A stretch of DNA of 64,000 nt, from NCBI GenBank assembly GCA_964276515.1, contig OZ193910.1:8866001-8930000 (forward strand), read 5' to 3'. Source of the DNA: Gordius albopunctatus. Lineage: Eukaryota. The first letter of the stretch is position 1; each line of letters starts with the position of its first letter. Both the position numbers and the translations under genes were made by a program. The notes under the pieces are model-generated. The model made no database searches. It was given only the letters and a program-made list of their open reading frames with translations, and was not told the DNA's origin. This document shows positions 1-15,200 of the stretch, in pieces.

Positions 1-239
1 ATTTAGGTTGCAGGGCTTTAATAATTTCGGATAATTTAAACCATTTTTCTAAACTTGCGAGATTATATTGTAAATAGCAACTTTAACTTTATTTACAATT
101 TTTAAACATAGTTAGAGAACGTGTTATGTTAGAATTCATCAATTCAATCCAATTTATATCAAAACATTATTTGTGCTAATTATTTACTATAATATAATAT
201 CGTACTGCATCTAAATAAATAAACAATTAACCATCATAT

Positions 240-3200
240 TCAATTTTTTGCCTTTCCTATACCCTGGATCTTTTTAGAGGCCGTTTTAGCTTTTTTCTAC
301 AAAATAAATTTGCGTAAATATAAAGATCGACAATAAAAAATAAAACTTAATACCTTAATCATTTTATTGGCTTTAAAATCATAATCAGAATCGCTATTCT
401 CTTCATCCTCATCCAAATTGTTTGCATCCGTGTTCTCGTTTTCTTCGGGGTATTCAGATGTGTAGTCAACGGAAGGCGCTTTTCGCATAGATTTTCTAAC
501 TCCTTCATTATTGCCTAACACATAAGGCACCATTGGACACAATTTGTTGAATGATCGAGTTAAGTTTGATTTAACCTGTTGAATGTTATTTATCTTATCA
601 TATTATAAGACGCTAAACCTTAGAATTCAACAAAGAAAATGGGTCTTTGGCATTTATTCCCCATTTCGACAACTCCATAATATTATCAATATCTTCTTTT
701 TGTAAATAATAGTATGTCATGAACTTAATGACATCACTAATTCCATCAGTTTCATTTTGGAGGAGAGGCGTTAAAAGATTAGTTTTTAACAAGGGCATAT
801 AATCTAAATTTAGGTCGAGCCAATTGCTATATGTTCTGAAATGATTAATATAAATCACATAATGGCGAGTTAATATTACCTTAACATTGTGTGCATCTTT
901 AGTTCTTTAAACATACGCAAAAATTTATTTGTCTTTGAGTTTTTACCAAACCAAGAAGGAAAATTGATCATACTCCCAAAATAGCCTTTTAGTATTTCTC
1001 CTGGAGCAACAGTTGTTATTATAGCCTTAAAGAAAGAGTCATGTTTAGATTAAATTAAATATACAGATAATGGAAGAAGTGACCAATTGTTATTCTTTTG
1101 AATTGTACTAGAAATTAAATCTCCGTCTGATATGAAATCAGCAGCCTTAGATAACAGATTTAGTTGGGTTCCATTATCTTTACTAAAGATCATATATTAA
1201 TTATCGAGCCAACAATTATACTTGGCCTTAAATGACTGTACATTTATATAATTTTCTTGGATGAAAAGGGGAATTGCTGAATAATCCATAAAAAATAGAT
1301 CAGCTTTATCAATAAATGGATTTGATTTAGGGGAGGAACTGGCCGTAAACACATTTCGCGTAATTTCAAAATCATCCTAAACCCAGCATGCAAAATAAAA
1401 ATGTTATAGTATACCATTTTCATATCTTTTTTCATGCCTTTAATTTCTGGTGCCAAAGCATGGTATTTGAGGCATTTATTGTCCGAACTGAAAAAACTTA
1501 AGCTATGGATGACCTATGTAATAAGATAAATAATAGTGGGTCTAATAGATTTTCTAACTTGACGTATATCATTGTTGGAAGCTTGGATAATTTGTTGAAC
1601 TACTGCAGGTTCGATTTGAATTTTCTCTTTAAATAACATGCTCATCATGGCCTCTTTAATTTGCTCGGGTCTAGGTTTGGGGAACCTTAGGTCATAACAA
1701 TAATTGACAAGAGTTCTCATTTTAGGGTCGCTTCTTTGGTTACAAATGCCTATTAAAAACATTTTTTAATTAAGCAAAAGATTTATTTAGATAAAATGAA
1801 GTCTTCAAAGCCATTTAAGAGGTTTTGAAAATCTTAATTAAATAAAAGATAAAAACATAGGATTGTAAGGATATGTGCATTACATATAATTGGTAGCTTG
1901 CTGGTTTTAATTAAAGCTATAAGTTCCTGGACGCCACCCCTATCTTCATTACCTGCCATACCATCAACTTCATCCATTATAAGTACGTGACTTCGCAGAC
2001 CGCTAGATATTCCTTTTTAATGGTTATTAAAAATAATTAACATTTAAAACAATAACTTTTATTAAGATGGTAAAAATTCAATGCAATACTAATAAACGGG
2101 ATCGAAAATTAAAAGAAATTACCTTTAATAAATTTTGAAATGTTATATGAAGTAAGACTATCAGAAAAGTGATCCTTTAAACATTTTTTGGAACGAATAT
2201 TGGATGCATTGAGTTCGGTATAGGTAAATCCTAACTCCTAAATAAAAAGTTTTTATAAAATTTATAAATTAAATACGCATAGGTTTGGAGATGCTTTTAA
2301 AAGTATATCACAAAATTTGTCAAATCTTTAACCAAATGAAAATTTTTATTTAGTAATAAAAGTAAAAAGATAAGCTTGACTAAACAGAGTGGAAAATATA
2401 GATAGCTAGGTTATTAGAGTAAATTTGCTTGGTAATTAACCTTAAATTTTTATGAGGGTATATTGGATCATATAAATTATCCCATTAAGATTTTTACACA
2501 AAAGTCTTTTAATGATTTGGAAAAACTTGAAGTGATATTAATTATAAAACGGTCAAATTTAAACCGTTTTTTTCTGGGCCACAATTTGTTTATATTCACT
2601 AATAAGTAAGTTAGTATAGTTAAATATAAATTATGAGTATTTGTTATTTACATTTTGCATGGACGTTTTTAAAATTATTATTTCCCATATCAATAAAACA
2701 AAAAATTGGATAAAAAATGTATCTTTTTATAGATTTATAAATGTCAATCGGCAAAAACCTTGCAAGCTAAGATGGCTGACGTAGTTTTACCAACACCAGG
2801 TGGGCCTGACAACATAGCTGCTTTAAATTGAGAAGAGTCCTGGTTAGCTCCCCATGTATCTTTAATGTTAAAATGGTGTTAAAAAGAGTTAAGAAAATTT
2901 GAAATTTTGCAAAAATTCTTTAATCACATTAAGCCTATATTATATATAACCATATAATTTACTTTTTTTTGATGTAATTTTATTTCCACTTATAGAAGAT
3001 TTTGAATGATTGTATGACCAGTCACCAAGCCATTGTATTAATTTGTGCAAACTACTTTTTTCACCTGCATGACAAATAATTCAGTATAAGTGAGCAATCA
3101 AATCTAGATAAAATTTAGAATAAACGAGCATAAAATATTATATAAACAAAAAACTATTCATCCAAAGTAAAATAAGCTAAAACAACTGGTTCCAAATTGT

Positions 3201-6200
3201 AGGTTCGGAAATGAAAACGAGATTGACATAGGTTATTAATTTCTTTTTACCAAAAACAAAATAACATAATGTAATCGAAAGTATTGGATATGGTAATGCC
3301 GAGGAGACAAAATTATGGTGAGTATCCGGGCATGGACTTTTTACTTGATCCAATTGTAACAAACTGATTTAGACAAACCTGACATAGTACAAGGTAAGGA
3401 AATACCAAATATACAATAATTAAAGAGAATAAGTCTTGTTTTAAATTCCATCATTTCCATATTTTAATAATAAAACTAAATTTCTAAAAATACTGTAAAA
3501 GTAATTCCAAAAACTTAATATTTGACCAAAATGGAATATAATATTAATAGCATTAAGAAATAAATATTTCCAAATAGTTTCTCGCTCTAATTACCTTGCT
3601 GTCCAATAATTTCTTGCGTAGTTTTGGGTTTGTATTTGTCAACCCACATGTAACTTATTTCATTCTCTGGGCGTTGGGTACTTTTGCCTGGTTCCTTGGC
3701 TAAATTTTTGATAATTGCCGTAGGTTTAAAATCAGTTTCTATTTTGGTGTGACCTTTTTCCCTTCCCGTTATGCATTCAACCTAATTTTAAGGCAGGTTA
3801 ATTACATAACTCGAGCTATGCCTTATGTAATGTTTTAAACACGACTACAAGAACCTAAATAATATTAAATCACCATAAAATATTACAAAAATAACCGTGA
3901 CATTAATCGAAAACAAGAGTCTACTTTCTTTAAAATATCAAAAAAAATTATCGATAACCGAAATTTAAATTAGCAATTGTAAATGTGTAAAATAATCAGA
4001 TAGTGCTTAATGTAATAATATCATGATGGTTTATTTTTTTAATCGATAAAAAAAACTAAAAAGTCGAGACTCCCCTAATGGCTGGCTGTCTGCATTACTC
4101 ACATTATTTAAAATCGTACAATAACAAAAGCTTAGACAAATTCTATAAACGACAATATTACGGCGAAGCTATACAACATTTATCATATTAACTAAGTTTA
4201 AGGCTTACTCCAACATTACCTCATCTTGATTATTATTCATTCTCCACGAGACTTTTTTGTTCGATTTGTTAGATGCTATAGGCATTTGCGTCAACCCATT
4301 CTCAGATTTATCGTCCCTTGCCTGCTATTCATATGTATTTTGTTAAATTAATGTTGAAAGTTTGCATATAAAAGCCGCACATACCTTAGTATCCAGTTCC
4401 GGGTTATATATAACATATTTAGACTCCTTTTCAGGCTGAGAATTAATTAATTTAAACAATCCATCTTCATCTATTTTAGGCGTTTTCAGAGATTCAGCCT
4501 AAAAGATGCAAGATATGTAAGGAATATAGGAATGTTACTTTGGAAATTTTGGAAGCTCCAGGCTCTCGCCCAACTACGAGATAATTGGTTTTTTTGGAAA
4601 TAGCCATTGTCACCTTTCCACCATATTGCTCTATGAGTTCTTTAGCAGTGTCCCGCTCAATCGAGTCTAATACCCCAGTAATGACAAAAGTCAGGCCCTC
4701 CAGACAATTTGGTTTCCCCTAAATACGATTAAATTTTTGTTATTAAATAGCGCCGCTATTTTATAAGTAGGGAACAATATTGCTAATTAACAGTTAGGAG
4801 GGGGGGGGGTAATTCAATATAGCAAATATCCCGCTATATACCTTCTCCACACCTTTGCACTGTTTTTTCATCATTTTGCAAAACTTGTTTTAAAAAAGGG
4901 GAAATTAGGAGTAAAACCGTACGAAATTTATATGTATTTTGATGTAAAACAAACCTTTTTTCTAGAAGTTAAAAAAATATTTGTTACACAATTTGTTTGT
5001 ACATTAACTAAGAAGCAAATTTTCTTTACAAAGTTTTCTTAAAGTAACATATTTTTATTGAGTACGTATCAGGAATAATTTGAAGTTTAACATCGTCCCA
5101 GGCCTACAAATGTTAATTTTTGAAAATTAAATCCGGTTTGATGCATTTTTATTAAGGCATTGTTGATATTAATTATTCCATCTTTAATCAATTAAAATGA
5201 TAAATTAATAACATTGTAAATAAAATTACAGAGCTTGATATTGCGTGAAGGATAGTAAAGTCCGCTTATTTAACCCAAATTATTGAGTACAATATATTAT
5301 TTAAATGAAACTTTACATGAGGAAGGGGCTTAGATCCCAAGGCTTGAGGTCCACCCCTTTGTATAAAACTTTGGTAAGCCTTTTTACTTGCAGATTTATC
5401 ATGATCTTTTTCATTCACCAGAGTGATGTCATCATCAACAACGATCTAAAATGTGGCAGATACGCAACTAAAGCGATGAGTGTGTTTTGTTTTAAAAACA
5501 ATCCCAAATCTAAAGTATCGCCCTACTCGTCTTTATCATAACTATTTAAATCATATAGCCAGTTTTATAAACAAAAAAAACACTTTTTATCATGCTTTAA
5601 TATAGTAAAAACAATCCGAATTTATAATTCAAAATTTATAGTCATAAAGTATTTCGTTGTTTCTCAATATAACTAAATCAAAATTTTTATATGTTAGGAA
5701 TGAATGAAAAGTAGCAATAGGAGGAAAATTTTCATAGTAGTGCCATGGGCGTAGCCAGCTTTGGAATTAGTGGGAGGGGTCAAAATGATTATTTCTTGAA
5801 ATTTCAGCCATAATTCTAATAAACTTCAACAAATTTTTTGGATTTAGAGGGGACAGCCGCCCCCCCCCCCCTTTGGCTACGCTCATGAGTAGTGCAATTC
5901 AGTAATTTCCCTTATTAGCAGCTTATAAGAGATAATTTAAATTCCCGCATTGAGATATGCCAAATTTATTTTTTACAATCTTTAATCAATATTATCAAGT
6001 GTCAAAATCCAACATTGTAGTTAATCGTGATAGTGATTTTACTTAAACACATAAATTATCAAAACCTCTTAAGTTGTTAAAATGTCATTTTAACTTATAC
6101 CCATGGCTATCCTCTTAAGAATTATTTTTGATTGGAGAATAACAAGGCAATATAAAAGAGCCCCTAAGAAACAATTCTTACAAAAATTCATCGAAGGTGT

Positions 6201-9200
6201 CCCAACCCAATGTAATACCATTTATTTAACAAAATAGTTGCATGTGTCAATATAGGTACTCCGCTTTAGTTTGTTTGGCCGCATTAATAAATAAATTCCT
6301 ATATGAGTTAACGACTGGCTAAACCATTTTACCTTAATGACTTTAAAAATAATTTTGAATTTTCATTATGACAAAGTTAGCGAGTTTTAACACCAATAAC
6401 TAATTAAAAAGGCGTCTTGCAATATGAATTTTTTAATCTTAAACAAACTTTCATCAACTCAAATGTTTCTTTTTATAATTTGATTTTAAATAAGAAATCA
6501 TAAGGATGTATTTTTTTGCAAAAGCAAGTAACATTCGACTTAGTGATGATCAAAACCTAGGTTTTTATCAGGCAACCTGAGGGTTCAGGTTCGGGTGTTC
6601 AAAAACCTGACAAGTTTTGAACACCCGAACCTAAAACCGACATGAGGTTGGACCTCGGGAAAACCTGACCTAGGTTTTGATCATCACTAATTCGACTTAT
6701 TAGCATGCTATAAACTTTTTTATGTTATTTTTTAGAATTGTCCAAAAAATATAAGACTAATTTGGGTTTGTTGTACATAATTATGTAGGTTATCAAACAG
6801 ATTATTTGTTTAAGTAACAAGGTTATGTTGATAAAACCCAAGAAAGATATTTTGGCGTTGAACCGCGGACAGCCCATTAATAATATATAATAAAATTATG
6901 TGTTAATTAAACTTTCTTTATGATTAGAGCTTTGTAAATAATATAGAATACACCTTTAATACTTACCTCAGATGAATTTAATTTATTCTTTTTCCTCTTT
7001 TTAGCATCATTTGATTTGATATCATTATCATTCAGACATAAAATATCCTCTTCTAATATTCGTTTTTTACGGGTTGGGGTCTTCTTAATAGGTTTTTCAG
7101 CTTCTTTGACGTTTTTAATCATACTTTTTTGAGCTTCTTTATTAATTTCCAATGCCTTTTGGGCCTTCAACCGTGTATTTGCATTGGATTCACAAATCTT
7201 TTTGTTCTCACCTATATATATAATATTTAGTTATACAGCATAAATAGTGGCGATTCTATAGAAATAAATAATCGCATTATATTTTTGTCGAAATAAAATT
7301 TCTTAGTTAAATAAACTTTTAAAAACGGAAGAAAAAGCTTTCATGTCCAATATAGGAGCCGTTTAACCCACTTTCAGATATTAAATAGACATACAACTTT
7401 TAGTATTAACTATTAAAATAAAAATAGATCAAAAATTGGCATATTGGTATAATTGTTTTAGTGTAACCACCATCATAATATTTCAAAAACTGTTGCATAA
7501 AAACCACAGTGGAATACAAAGTACAGGATTAGAAAATTATTTCATCTATAATTGAAAAAACAAATACATTCGTAATATGAATTCAAAGCATGATAAAACA
7601 TTACAACAAATTTGTCTAAAAATGAATGATCATAAATATTAACGATAGGCAATATAACCTATAAGAAAATAAACCTTTAAAACTATAAGTCATTACTTTG
7701 CCTACATTTTTTAAGCAACTTAACAGTGTAAAATCACAAGAGTCTGGTGAATAATGGCGAATAAATTTTTTTTTTATTAAAAAGTTTATTTGTTAAAAAT
7801 CCGTCGACAGTAATATAATATAAATACATAAAATACAAAATGCGTCAAATAAAATAATACACTATTCTAATATATCATCATCGAGGGGATCTTCCAAAAT
7901 TGGCCAAGAATCCACGAACGATTTAAAATTGTACTTGGCTATAAGAATACCAAGTCGTTGTTTAATTAAAAAGTACGCCTCTGGGAAATATTCGAGATTC
8001 GATTAGAATTCGTATTCGAAATTTCGAATCCGAATCCTTATGTGTAAATTTCGAATCGAATATTTAATTGCTAAGATTCGAAAATCCGAATCGAATCCTT
8101 AAAAAACCATAAATTTGATTTTTTTGAATTTAAATTTAAATACAGAAGCGGACGCAACTATTCAGCTGTTTTTTCGTACCGCATTTTAGTTATTTTCCTG
8201 CTTGATACGCTAAATTTAAATATTTTAAACTTTAATATATTTAGAGATGTCTTCTAATTCTAATTTTGGTAAGTTTATAATAACAAATATATTTATATTT
8301 AAAAAGATTTTTGTAACAATATACTGCTATAAAACATTTATGAATACTTTATTTATTTAGGTTAATTATTAACATGAAAATAGTGTAAAAACAAGGTTAG
8401 GATCCTCATTTTCTATATTGTAATTGGGCAATAGTATTAATTTGCATTTAATTAATAAATTAATCCTTATACTATAAATGTATATAATATATATTAGAAC
8501 TCTTGATACTTATTTTTATTTGTTTCAATCAATAATTATTTTAATATTGGTAGAAAAATCTAAATTATTCATTCCCAAATATACATTTAAACATCTCACT
8601 ATTAGAATTAGAATTTTTGCCATTGATTCTTTTGGCCAAAAGTGAATTATTTATGAGGGCATGTATGATCTCGGTAAAGATATAGCTTTAGTCTCCCCTA
8701 CTTTTCTATAATATTTTAACATATTTTTTAATTCCTATTTATATTGTTAGTTACATTTAGATAATTTTGATGTTGAAGAGATAAAAAGAAAAAAATCTAT
8801 AATATGGGACCATTTCACCCATGACAAATCACTTAATAAAGCAACTTGCAACCATTGCTTTAAAGTCTTCGTATACAACTAATCAGGAACGACTTCAGCT
8901 TTAAATAAGCACTATAAAAGTTTCCATACAAAGCCCCTTAAAGATGAAAATGAAAATATTCAAAAATATTTAAATCCTAAATATGATGATAAGCATTATT
9001 TGTTAAAATGGATGGTAGAATGTAATATATCATTCAAAGCCTTAAACAGCTTAAATTTCAAAAAATTTCAACTGGCTAGAAGTACAACTATGCAGATTTC
9101 TACATCAGATATAATGAAAAAATATTTAGAAGAAGTCTATATAGAAACATCAAAACAAATTAAATTAAAATTATCACAAGTTTGTTCACAATTGAATTAC

Positions 9201-12200
9201 ACCATTGACATATGGTCATCTCCCATTGGGGTCCCATTCCTAGCATTAACATGTCATTTTATTAATGATAAATGGGAGCTAGAAAATATTTTAGTAGATT
9301 GCCATCCATTTATTGATAAAAATTCAGGAGAAAACATATGTGATGTTTTTCTAACAATATTAAACAATAGTGGCATCAGCTTGAACGATTGTTCAATTAC
9401 CTTAGATAATGCCAGGAATAATGTTTCATTTATTGAGGTAGGGAGACCGGGGCTATTCCTTTACCGGGGCTATACACGTCCTCTCAATTAATTTTGTCAT
9501 TTATGCTTAGTTTGACCTCAAATTTTAATATTAAATGTACTTTATTAAGGCACTTATTAGGTACAAAAAATATTTGGGATAACTTTTGTTACAAAAAAAT
9601 TATGCAGAAAATAAAATTTTTCGGGGCTAAAACGTCCTTTTTTAAATTTTCGAATTTTGTCAATTATTCAAAAATTACTTGTTTTACCAACTTTAAACAT
9701 ATACTAAATAAATAAGCATTGACTCTTTTATTATATTTATTTGTAAATTTAAACTTTTGACGAGTTTAACCATCTATAAGCACAACATAAAGAGCAAGGA
9801 CCACGCTGGGGCTATCGTTTCCTTTTCACCCATTCATTATTTAATATGGTGCGTAATTACAATCGAAAAACAAATATTGTGGCTTATGATGAAAAATTAC
9901 AAAAGATTCTTTTATATTTCAAGAAGAATATCAAACTGAAAAAAATTGCTGAGGAAACTAATTTAAGTTACACTACAATTAAAAAATATCACAAAAAGTA
10001 TAAAAAAGGAGAAAATTTTGCCCAAGAGAAAAAAACAAGAATTGTTTTTAACAAAGACCAAGAACAAAAATTAGCTGATTACCTCATTAAAGCAGCGAAA
10101 CTCTATTTAGGGCTATGCCCTAAACAAGTAAGCTATATGGATGTTACTATTAATTGATATATAGGTGAGATATTTAGCTTATCAATTAGCTATGAAACAT
10201 AATTTGGTAGTGCCTGAATCATGGCATCTAAACAAATCAGCAGGTGCTGATTGGTTTACTGGATTTGTTAAACGCAATTCTCATATTTCTCTCAGAATCC
10301 CTGAGGCTACTAGCATTGCAAGGGCCACAAGCTTCAATATGCAAAATATTAATGCCTTTTTTGAGAACTATTCAACTCTGTTAACTACCAATAAATACTT
10401 ACCTTGTGACATATATAACATGGATGAAACAGGTATATACCTCTAGTTAATAATAATATGTTTATATTTAAAGGATTAACAAGACTATAAAAAGAATCAC
10501 AATAATGAAGACTGGTATAGCTGCAGGAAATGCTCCTTATGGGCTCATGGCTCATGTTGCAATCATGATATTTTGTTTATATGCAATAATTGTATTTGAT
10601 AATTATCAACTTAATATGACATTTTGGTATCAATAAAGCATTTAAATCATTGATTCTAAAACAAAAATCTTAGGAAAGGCACTTTTCTTAAATCATTTTA
10701 TAAAGCTTTATATTAATAGGTTATAAACTTTTTAGTATTTTTACAATTTAAGCAAATTCACTAATAAAATTATCATTTGAAACTTTATAAAGCCTGTATA
10801 AACTTATGTTTCTGCAATTTATGCCATGCACTTAGTCTATATCATACTTTAACATAAAAATCATAGATAAAACACATTTAAATAATAATATTAAATTTTA
10901 TAAGTTGCAAAAAACTATATAAATTTAATGTTTTGGCAATTTAAGCACATGCAAATAAATCTTTTTATAGATTTAGGACTTAATATAAGACAGGACGCGA
11001 TAGCCCCTTTTGAAGGACGCCTTAACCCCAGTCATTTTTCGAAGTTATACGAGTTGTCTTTTTTTTGAACCCTTATTGCGAAAAATCTATCAACTGTGTT
11101 GCTATAATTTTTTTTCCTTTGATAAACACTGTGGGCAAGAACATTTTTCTGAAAAATGTTTATGAAAATCGGTTGACAATTTTTGTCCAGGCCTCTTTGA
11201 AATTTTATGGTCGAGATAGCCCCGGTCTCTACTCTCAAGTAAATACCCCTCGTTAAATATTGTGGGTGTTCGCTGTATGGGACACATCATAAACCTAGCA
11301 GCTAAACAGGTTATGGAGAATGTAGATCGTAATTTAATTAAGGACCTTGATAAAAATAGCCAGACAGCCCAAAAATATATCACGACTAGTGATGGGAAAA
11401 CCTCAGGTTTTGTCGACGAAACCTAATAGGTTAGGTTAGGCTTTCCAAAAAACATTGACCTCTTTAGAAACCCTAAAACCTGTCTCAAGGTTAGAGGTCA
11501 AAATTAACCTAAAAACCTCGATGTCAATTAGAAGCTTAAAGCTTAGGTCAGAGCGTAAAATTAACCTAAACGCTTAGGTTAATAAATATTGACCTAGCCT
11601 AAGCTAAACATTTAGGTTAATTTAATTCACCTAATGTGAATATCTTTTTTTAATATACCGTAAAATTTCAACTTAACTGCGGTCTTTTAGCACCTTGTCT
11701 GCTATATTTTTTACATATATAATAAATAATAGAAATTTTACAATTTATTCCAATTAAAAGTAAGGCAAATTAAACTAAAAATATAATATAATTTTAATCT
11801 ATTTGATTTCTTTAATTCTTAAGAAAAAAATTGCGATTTGTGTTTTTAATACATACCTACCTCTATCGAGTGTTTTATTTTTAATTGCCACCATTTTGTA
11901 ACATATTCCTTTTGTGTGCCATGTAGCGTGACCCCACGGCCCCACTCAACACTAAGCTAAATAAAATTGCGCCATACACATAATACCATATGTTTTTCAT
12001 GTATTGTATTCTACATGGATCACCTACTACTAATATTTAAATACTTAGCATAATATATTTGAATAGTGATTAGCATATAAGTTAAATACTTAGCAAATAA
12101 ATAAAAAAAAATTAGCAAACTTTCATCAGTCAGTCACTTTAATGAGGCAGGCATTGGACGATTTAGCCTTTAAATTCTACAAAGAGGAATTATTATCCAA

Positions 12201-15200
12201 CGTCGAATGGGAAGAAATTGAAAGGCGTAAATTCCTACTTTTTCCCTTTTACAGTGCCACTAATTTAATATCCGGGGAGCAATATCCCACGATGAATTTA
12301 GTATTACCCTTATATTACCAACTTATAGAAACTTTGGCCACCGTAGAAGATCATGCTATTAAAATGGCTAAGCAGAGAATTGAAAAATATATGGCATTTA
12401 ATAAGAAAATAGCCTTATTAGCGAGTGTCGTCGATCCAAGACTCAAAATTCAATATTTTGAGTGTTCATCACCAATACACGACATATCTTATAGCGAAAT
12501 TAAAGATGACTTGAAAGCTACTACAGGAAGTCAGCTTGATTTTGTCCCAACTATCGAGGTATCAGCCCTCGATTGTCTATTTAAAAGTGATATGAACGCG
12601 AAGTCTCCATTGGAGACATATTTAAACGAACCACGGGTGGCCTCCAATGTTGAGCCTTTACAATGGTGGAAATCAAATCAACGTCGTTTTCCAGCCATCC
12701 AAAAAATTGCAAAAAATCTTCTTTCCATACCAGGATCATCTACCCCCTGCGAAAGAATATTCTCAACTGGTACAAATTTATTGACGAAACACAAGCAATC
12801 CTGGAAGAAAGTGTTAGGAAAATAATTTTTCTTAAAAATTGGCTAAAAAACATTTGTTGATTGTTTTAATCATATCGCTTTAATCTTTTGTTCGCCTTTT
12901 ATCTTTTTATTTTCAATGTGTGTACTCTTAAAGATTTTTGAATAAAATTTTTAAATATATATGCAATAAAAATCACAGTTAGTCTTTTTTAAATTTAAAT
13001 TTTAATTTAAAAAATGTTGATATATATTCGAATTCGAATCTTAATATTCGACGAATCTCGAATCGAATATTTTTTTGGAAAAAAATCGAATCCGAATCGA
13101 ATATGATATTCGATTCGAAATCCAGAGGCGTAGTAAAAAGGATACCGAATGTTTAGACGGTGGAGAACGTCTTCCTACCTCTTTAAAAAAGGCTAAGGCC
13201 TGTTTGCCAAAGGTGCCTGAACACGAAGCAACCAATGGAATAAAAATGTTTGAGGATAATAGGGCCTTGTATTTATTAGTTTTCCGCCCCTCTGCGACAG
13301 CTAAAGAATCATTGTTGTAGTTAGAGGGGGCAAATAGGTCAATACACGTGAAGTCCCATTTAAGGTGAAGACCATTGCTCCATGGGACTAAAGAAGATCC
13401 ATCAGGACGCATACGTCCCTCCAAGGAGGGGTCCGATGGCTCCAAGATGGATGGGATATTTGCTTTTTTCAATGCACTTTGAATTAAGGTATTGGCCTTA
13501 TTGTGTTTAACATATTTAAATTTGCTTGCCAGGCAGTGTAAGGGATGCCTGGCTTGTTCGTCTACGAGTATGCTGCAATTTCGGCAAATAAATGGCTTCG
13601 AAAATTTCACCCCTAGCCTGAGAGCTATGAAGTACGAAAGTTCCGAGTCCTCCAGCATCATCCCGGTGAGACAGCTTGGGTAGACCTATAGCCATTCGTG
13701 ACCTGAGCCATCAAACAAAAACGACCTTAAATTAGAACACGGACTTGCATCGCTACTCGAAATTAGATAATCAACGGAGCGCAACACAAGTCCGGCATCC
13801 CAATCTTTTTGTCGTGAGGTTTGTGGCAAAGGTGTTCCGGGATTGGTATTGTTTTCCCAAATAGCTAAAGCAATGGGTAAAAGAAGGTCTTCTTTAACAG
13901 GATACAACTTAAAAATGGTATCTTGTACCGATTTGTAAGATGAAATAAACGAGACTAGAGATATTGCGGCAGGTGAGCGAATCCCTAAACCACCTGATTT
14001 GGTTGGTAGGGAAGCTTGTAACCAGCTAGAAGTATTGAACCTTATATTTAAAATAGATTGTAAAATAAATTTAATATTCTGTTCGAAGAGGTTTAAAATT
14101 TCCGAGTGTAAAAAAGGACTTGAAGAGCGAAAACAGTGTTGAATTTTTGAAATATTAAAATAGTTTTTCATTATGTAAAAAGCGTGGTGTGAAGGCAAAC
14201 ACTTTAAGAGATCTAATTTTGAGTTTAAAATAGAGAGATTTTTCTCCAAATGAGTTGCGAGTTCAACTCTACCACCTATAGGCGATCCAAGATGGCACAT
14301 AGCATCTTTCTCGATTGCTAAAAAAGGGGTAATGTGTGGATATAATGAGTAATCAGGGGGTTGAAAGATCTCACATTTGGTCTCGTTTAGTTTTAGTTTT
14401 AAAATTGGTTCGAAATCCTTTATAATTTTGATGGCTTTAAAAACTTCGCGAGGATGACCATAAAGGGTGGCATCGTCCAAGTACCAAATATTTAGTGTTA
14501 GGTCGCATTCGTGCGATATTTTTTCCACTAAACATTGGATGCCTGAGCAAAATAATGGCGGACCCAATGGGTCACCTTGTTGGATACCTTCAGATGAATT
14601 TATTTTAAAATCCCCAAATCTTAAAAAGGATGTTGAGCCATAACTTAATAAGGTGTAGTTATGGAACTTCGGAAATTTCTCGAAAAAATTTTCGATAAGG
14701 ACATCTCTACGAATGCCATTAAAAGCGTTGGCAAAGTCTAGCTTGACCATGCAATGATCCGATAGTATGCCTTCGAGGGCTAGCCTAGCGGCATGACTAG
14801 CAGCTTCGCAGCCACCCTTTATTCTAAAACCTAATTGATGTGGACTTAGGTTAATGGAAAGGATCGGTTTGATTTTATTACATATTATTTTAGAAATAAT
14901 CCTCCTACAAACTCCCCCAATAGCGATAGGTCTTAGTGAATTGTCTGGCTTCTTAATCGCTATCAATTTGGCGCCAAACAAAATAGGTATTATTTCATGA
15001 GGCACGTCCCCATTGACAATGAGATTGCATAACGATGTTATGGCCTTTAGGAGGCATGTTGAGTTTAGGTTATTAATTTTAAGTAAATCTTGGAGATATA
15101 CAGGGCGGATTCCGCCTAGGCCGGCTGCAGAATCTAGGGGAAATGAGTTAATGGCTTCAGCGACCTCGGCGGAATCTAAGGATATGTTGGATTTAGAGTA

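Larger units (their letters stand above)
7974..13132 (+). mobile_element. Ac-like hAT DNA transposon with BED-finger transposase, disrupted
   Basis: TIR tacgcctctgg / ccagaggcgta; TSD ttaaaaag / gtaaaaag (7 of 8); subterminal ATTCGA/TCGAAT arrays. Transposase exon 8247-8268, then from 8761: BED finger ([21 protein letters not shown], with one stop), [25 protein letters not shown] (~11270-11300), C-terminal dimerisation region [21 protein letters not shown] (12142-12825). Confidence 0.92.

Noticed and set aside
7985..8100. Dense TTCGAA/ATTCGA clusters (also 13025-13120, 30570-30670, 40420-40520) resembling heat-shock elements or a CRISPR-like array
   Set aside because: They sit just inside hAT TIRs and have no regular repeat-spacer period; best read as transposase-binding subterminal motifs.
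9494..9715. 73-aa ORF repeated at 55580-55798
   Set aside because: Lies in the non-coding left arm of the pogo-like element, starts at TTG, and is similar only because the element is duplicated.
13041..13132. C-terminal extension of the endonuclease ORF ([11 protein letters not shown]..)
   Set aside because: Read-through into the hAT terminus; the true C-terminus lies left of 7974.
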